This document shows positions 59,020 to 64,000 of a stretch of DNA of 64,000 bases, one piece after another. Position numbers and translations under genes: made by a program. The notes beneath the pieces were generated by a model. It was not told the origin of the DNA. It did not search any database and was given only the letters and a program-made list of their open reading frames with translations. The stretch's first letter is position 1, and each line of letters begins with the position of its first letter. Origin of the DNA: Candidatus Melainabacteria bacterium 17Bon1m (GTDB taxonomy: Bacteria > Cyanobacteriota > Vampirovibrionia > Obscuribacterales > Obscuribacteraceae); assembly GCA_032128875.1 (NCBI GenBank), contig JAVLKG010000002.1:672001-736000 (forward strand). Reading direction: 5' to 3'.

Positions 59020-59341
59020 GATTGACTCCAGTCTCAGGATACAGAAGAGATTCCAGAAAAAATTGCCCGCCACGAGCAAAGGCTGGTCCTCTACTACCTG
59101 GCAAAGAGGGGCAATCATAAGCTACAAACCACTGCCCGTATACATTTATGCGCTGTAGGTGCTTGACAAACTTAATATTCTTGCGCCTGACGGGCGCCTA
59201 AGTTTGTGGGACGCGAATGCTTGTAAAGAGCTTGAAAGGCTTTTAGCTCAAACGTTTTGCGGGACCGCGTCCAGTAGCCCGATTGAGACTGACAAGCAGT
59301 ATCTCTTTGCAACCGGGGCGAGGTCTGGTTCTCTCCGGATG

Positions 59342-60394
59342 TTACCTATCTGTCTTGGGAAGCACTTCACTCTTCACGGCTTCGACAAAGGTTGCAATGT
59401 CTTTTTCGTCCCAAGATTCGTAGAACTTCCCGTTTGTCGTTTCCGCAAGACGAGTTAACTGTTCTCTTGCTTGGATACCGTCGGCACTTTTCTTAAGTCC
59501 TATACCGATGCAGAAGAATCTTAGATCTTGGAGGTTCTTCGACACTTGCCTCACGTACGCTACAGGATTTCCGCCGCACGTATCAGCCGAATCAGCAACA
59601 ATCAGAATGTTTTTTCTTCCAGTAAAACGACTTGTATCCAGCTCTACGGCGCGCCGAATTGCATATTCTAGTGGTGAGAGTCCGCCGACACTGAGGCTCC
59701 GCGTAAATATGGCAACGTCTCTTCGATTTTCTTTTGCGGGTGGAATGACCAGTTTTGATTGTTTGCAGTCTGAAAAGGGGTCGGCTAAATATTCGTTTCC
59801 ATAGACCCTCAGACCCAAGTAAGTCGACTTTGGAAACTTAACCGCGAGTTGAAAAAGCACATTCTTGGCTAAATCCATCTTGGAGATTTTTCTTGATGCT
59901 GCCACTTCCACTGCGGTTAGTCCTGGCGGATTGAGTTTTGTCGCCATGCTGGAAGAACAATCAACCATCACAAGCAGGACGTCCGCGTCTATTGGTTGTT
60001 TACTTGCCTCCTGGTACATTACTTCCAGGTCTGAAAGATTCATCTCAGAATTTTTTGCTGACTCTTTAGTGCCGACTTGTAGCATTCTTGAATTGAATTT
60101 CCCGTCGTTCTTCGTCCTTCTCTCTTCGGTTTTTACACTTAAATATTGGACGATGTTCAGCCTGTCGAGCAGTGACATCGAAGAGTCTCTTTTGACTCCG
60201 GGCAAAAATAGAAGCTCAAGTCTCTTCACTCTGGTTTCGGCAGTATCAGCTGCGAAATCTCTTCGAAACACCTTTGTTTCAAGATTCGATAGCTGACTTT
60301 CTAGCTCATCCGCAAATACGCTGGTGAATGAAGTTAGCAAAAACGCTACTAGTACGAAGAGCCACGTGCGTCGGATCTTCGATATGTTCTTCAT
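59342..60394 (-). CDS. Exported vWA-domain protein
   Basis: Signal peptide; MIDAS DCSSS, SKMDLAK, GLRVYG, DTCGGNP. Confidence 0.82.
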   Translation of the reverse strand: MKNISKIRRTWLFVLVAFLLTSFTSVFADELESQLSNLETKVFRRDFAADTAETRVKRLELLFLPGVKRDSSMSLLDRLNIVQYLSVKTEERRTKNDGKFNSRMLQVGTKESAKNSEMNLSDLEVMYQEASKQPIDADVLLVMVDCSSSMATKLNPPGLTAVEVAASRKISKMDLAKNVLFQLAVKFPKSTYLGLRVYGNEYLADPFSDCKQSKLVIPPAKENRRDVAIFTRSLSVGGLSPLEYAIRRAVELDTSRFTGRKNILIVADSADTCGGNPVAYVRQVSKNLQDLRFFCIGIGLKKSADGIQAREQLTRLAETTNGKFYESWDEKDIATFVEAVKSEVLPKTDR

Positions 60395-60395
60395 C

Positions 60396-62030
60396 TTATG
60401 CGTCTGGCATAACTGAGTGGACGCACGTTACGGCGAGCGAGCCGTCACCAACTGCAAAGCCAACTCGTTTTGTAGATCCGGAGCGAATATCTCCAGCTGC
60501 AAGCAAGCGAGGTACTGATGTTTCTAAAGCGCATGGCATACGATCTTTCAGAGGCCACTTGCCTGATTGTCCAGCATCTGAGCCAGTCAGGATAAATCCG
60601 TTTTCGTCACGCGCAACATCGTCCGGCAGCCATGTAGCTCCTGGCTCTGCGCCGATGAAGACGAAGACCGCTTTCACATCGAGCTTGCTTTCCTTGCCGT
60701 CTTTGTCGACTAAATCGACGTTATCGATTAAGTATTCGCCACCATTGACTCTCGAGATTCTGGCGTTCTCGTGGACTTTTATATTTTTTGTTGCGTGAAT
60801 TCGTTGGCAAAGATACTCGGACATGCTCGGTCCGAACTTTCCACGGCAAAGCACATGCACAGTCCTGGAAGGACAGCATTCCGCGAGATACATAGCTGCT
60901 TGTCCTGCTGAGTTGCCAGCGCCGACAACTGCGACATCCTGTGTATCGTGAAGCATCACCTCTACGTTCGTACACGCGTAATAGACGCCCGCACGCTCAT
61001 AATTTGCTGCATTGATTGCGTCAAGTTTTCTCCACGTCACGCCAGTTGCGATGAGCACTGTCTTTGCAGCGATTACTGCGCCGCAATCTAGAATGAGCTC
61101 GTGAGGATCTCTTGCTGTCTTACCTGCTCTGAATTGTTCTACACGGGTTGGCGCGATTAATTGCGCACCAAATTTGACCATTTGCAAAACACCGCGCATA
61201 GCCAATTCTGTTCCCGACAATCCGGACGGGAAGCCGATGAAGTTTTCAATTTTGGAAGAGCCACCGGCTTGCCCGCCTGGTCCGAGCTTATCCAAGACGA
61301 GGGTGTTCAAGCCTTCAGAAGCGGCATAAACAGCTGCTGCAAGACCCGCAGGACCGGCGCCGACAATAGCCAAATCAACACTCTGGCTTGGGCATTCATG
61401 CCAAAGACCGCACTCGTGTGCCATTTCTTGAATGTCGGGGCGAACCAAAATACTGCCGTCTGGCTTTTGAACAATTGGGAATTCACCAAATCGCTGGATG
61501 GCGGCCTTGCCGATATCGGAGTCTTTGTCGTACCAGGTGAAGGGCACAAAATTTTTGTGCATGAATTCCCGCAAGAGCGTGGTATCACTGCAAAGTCCAC
61601 AGCCAATAACCTTAAAGCCGATCTTGCCGGTTTGATTCAACAGCTCTCTGCGCATCTGAAACGCGACTAACAGTTTTTCCGAGAGATGCGGAATTTTGAT
61701 CATCACTTCTTTAAGACGATCACGGTGCACGCGCAACAAGTGAGTTTTTCCGCGGGCAATGCCTGTGACTATAGGGGGACGGCGGATGATCATGTCGATA
61801 TCGCCAGAAAATCCACCAACTTCATGAACCGCGACGACTTTGTGGTCATCGCTGGGATTTTGAATTTCGAGGGCGCCCGACTTAACGACGAAAAGATCAG
61901 CATCGGCTTGTCCAGCTCGGAAAGCTTGTTCGCCATCTTCCAGGTAAGTGCAAACTGCCATTGGTTCTAGCAGGCGCAGTTCTTCTTCGGTTAATTTGGG
62001 AAATGCATGTTCTAGAGTCGCGGTAACCAT
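60396..62030 (-). CDS. Cyclic-nucleotide-binding domain / thioredoxin-reductase-like fusion protein
   Basis: N-terminal cNMP-binding fold; GAGPAGLAAAVY, SSKIENFIGFP, GAGNSAGQ, AAGDIRSGS. Confidence 0.88.
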   Translation of the reverse strand: MVTATLEHAFPKLTEEELRLLEPMAVCTYLEDGEQAFRAGQADADLFVVKSGALEIQNPSDDHKVVAVHEVGGFSGDIDMIIRRPPIVTGIARGKTHLLRVHRDRLKEVMIKIPHLSEKLLVAFQMRRELLNQTGKIGFKVIGCGLCSDTTLLREFMHKNFVPFTWYDKDSDIGKAAIQRFGEFPIVQKPDGSILVRPDIQEMAHECGLWHECPSQSVDLAIVGAGPAGLAAAVYAASEGLNTLVLDKLGPGGQAGGSSKIENFIGFPSGLSGTELAMRGVLQMVKFGAQLIAPTRVEQFRAGKTARDPHELILDCGAVIAAKTVLIATGVTWRKLDAINAANYERAGVYYACTNVEVMLHDTQDVAVVGAGNSAGQAAMYLAECCPSRTVHVLCRGKFGPSMSEYLCQRIHATKNIKVHENARISRVNGGEYLIDNVDLVDKDGKESKLDVKAVFVFIGAEPGATWLPDDVARDENGFILTGSDAGQSGKWPLKDRMPCALETSVPRLLAAGDIRSGSTKRVGFAVGDGSLAVTCVHSVMPDA

Positions 62031-62341
62031 GGTTTCACCCCAAAGGCAGTGGACGCGGCGTGTACATTTGCCGTCAGGAGGCTTTCTAGCCGCGCATCAT
62101 TCAGCATTATGACAGACCTGGCGCCGCACCGTACGGACCTTTAAGTATCCTATTGGTTACTTGAATGCTGCCGCTCACCTGTGCGTTTGCCGAACGTACG
62201 TTGATTATGTGGCTGTTATTGGAATTTCTGGTGCTTTTGTTGCTCAAAAGCTTCTCTTGATAAGTAGATGTCTCACGCATCTCTAGTTATGATATGGAGC
62301 TGTCTTTGTGTATTTTTGAACGTCATATCAGGAGATATCGC

Positions 62342-63994
62342 ATGCTCAGTCCGTTAGCAGGCAAGCCCGCCCCTCGCGAATTGCTCGTCAATGTGCCCCG
62401 CCTCATTACCACTTATTACAGTGAAAAGCCGGATGTTAACGTCGCGAGCGAGAAGGTGGCGTTTGGAACCTCCGGACACCGCGGATCAGCATTCAAACGC
62501 GCATTTAATGAGGAGCATATTTTGGCGATTACGCAGGCTATCTGCGTTTATCGCAAAGAGCAGGGCATTACCGGGCCGCTTTATTTGGGCATCGATACGC
62601 ACGCTTTGTCAGAACCTGCTTTCGCCAGCGCGTTGGAAGTGCTTGCTGCCAACGAAGTCAACGTCATGATCGACAAAGATCTCGGCTATACTCCAACGCC
62701 CGCAATCTCGTTGGCGATTTTAGCCTACAACAAAGGGCGTACAAGCGGTTTGGCTGACGGCATTGTGGTGACTCCTTCACACAATCCTCCGCAAGATGGC
62801 GGATTTAAGTACAATCCGCCCAACGGTGGCCCCGCTGACACGAACATTACCGGCTGGATTGAGAAGAAGGCTAACGAGTATCTTTCAAAAGATCTGGCTG
62901 GTGTAAAACGGGTTGGCTTCCGCCAAGCAATGGCTGCCGCCACGACACACAAGTTTGACTACACAGACCTGTACGTGCGCGAACTTGCTTCTGTTGTCGA
63001 CCTCCAGGCGATTCAAAAGTCTGGTATCAAAGCCGGTGTTGACCCGCTCGGCGGCGCAGGCGTGCACTACTGGGAAAAGCTGATCGAAGTGCATAAACTT
63101 CCGATCGAGGTCGTCAACCATGTTGTTGACCCCACATTCTCATTCATGACTGTCGATTGGGACGGTAAGATTCGCATGGATTGTTCATCACCATATGCGA
63201 TGGCAGGATTGATCCAGCACAGCAAGCGCTTTGACATTGCTTTTGCAAATGATACCGATCACGATCGTCATGGTATCGTCACGCCCAATGGTTTGATGAA
63301 CCCCAACCATTTTCTCTCTGTGGCAATCGATTATCTCTTCCAAAACAGAAAAGAGTGGAGCAAAGACGCTGCCATCGGAAAGACGGTCGTAAGCACAAGC
63401 CTTATCGATCGTATTGCGCAGCGATTGGGAAGAAAACTTGTTGAAGTGCCGGTTGGATTCAAGTGGTTTGTCGATGGCTTAATTGACGGATCGTTCGGGT
63501 TTGGCGGTGAGGAAAGTGCAGGAGCGTGCTTCCTTCGCATGGATGGAAGCGTCTGGACTACGGATAAGGACGGCATCATTCTCGCGCTGCTGGCTGCAGA
63601 GATCACTGCAGTTACGGGCAAAGATCCGGGCAAGCACTACGAAGCTCTGACAAAGGAATTCGGCAATCCTTATTACGCGAGAATCGACGCCCCTGCAACT
63701 CCGGATCAAAAGGCGAAATTGAAAAAGCTTTCACCAGATGATGTTAAAGCCAAAGAGTTCGCAGGAGAGCCTATTGTCGGCAAGTTTACCGCTGCGCCAG
63801 GCAACAATGAAGACATTGGCGGTCTGAAAGTGACTACGGAAAACGGCTGGTTTGCAGCTCGTCCTTCCGGAACTGAAGATGTGTATAAGATTTACGCAGA
63901 GAGCTTTAAGAGTGAAGAACATTTGAAGCAAATTCAGTCTGAAGCTCAAGAACTTGTGACGCAGGTCTTGTCCCCCACAGCACAAAAAGCCTGA
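62342..63994 (+). CDS. pgm: Phosphoglucomutase (alpha-D-glucose phosphate-specific)
   Basis: [15 protein letters not shown] phosphoserine loop, DTDHDR, GEESAG, RPSGTE. Confidence 0.96.
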   Translation: MLSPLAGKPAPRELLVNVPRLITTYYSEKPDVNVASEKVAFGTSGHRGSAFKRAFNEEHILAITQAICVYRKEQGITGPLYLGIDTHALSEPAFASALEVLAANEVNVMIDKDLGYTPTPAISLAILAYNKGRTSGLADGIVVTPSHNPPQDGGFKYNPPNGGPADTNITGWIEKKANEYLSKDLAGVKRVGFRQAMAAATTHKFDYTDLYVRELASVVDLQAIQKSGIKAGVDPLGGAGVHYWEKLIEVHKLPIEVVNHVVDPTFSFMTVDWDGKIRMDCSSPYAMAGLIQHSKRFDIAFANDTDHDRHGIVTPNGLMNPNHFLSVAIDYLFQNRKEWSKDAAIGKTVVSTSLIDRIAQRLGRKLVEVPVGFKWFVDGLIDGSFGFGGEESAGACFLRMDGSVWTTDKDGIILALLAAEITAVTGKDPGKHYEALTKEFGNPYYARIDAPATPDQKAKLKKLSPDDVKAKEFAGEPIVGKFTAAPGNNEDIGGLKVTTENGWFAARPSGTEDVYKIYAESFKSEEHLKQIQSEAQELVTQVLSPTAQKA

Positions 63995-64000
63995 GCGCTT

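Overview
Bacterial chromosomal window with about 55 CDSs and no rRNA, tRNA, CRISPR array, integrase or transposase recognised. The many lineage-specific secreted, TPR and vWA proteins suggest a Vampirovibrionia (Melainabacteria; Obscuribacterales-like) genome; this is inference only. Recognised genes include argC-argJ-argB, folE, clpS-clpA, an MhqR-like MarR/pirin pair, an OPT transporter and pgm. Main finding: argC and argJB are each preceded by their own promoter, a short Arg-codon-rich leader ORF (both containing CGA-CGC-CGC), mutually exclusive 1:2 / 2:3 / 3:4 RNA helices and an intrinsic terminator. This is the architecture of classical ribosome-mediated attenuation, here apparently sensing arginine, and it occurs twice in one cluster. 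Other notable items: a putative periplasmic sulfur-oxidation-to-oxygen operon (signal-peptide CstB-like protein, SorAB, cytochrome c, fused cbb3-like oxidase), a clpA interrupted by one in-frame TGA in the N-domain linker, signal-less cell-wall hydrolase/peptidase proteins, and several repeat elements. All RNA pairings were derived by eye, not by folding software.
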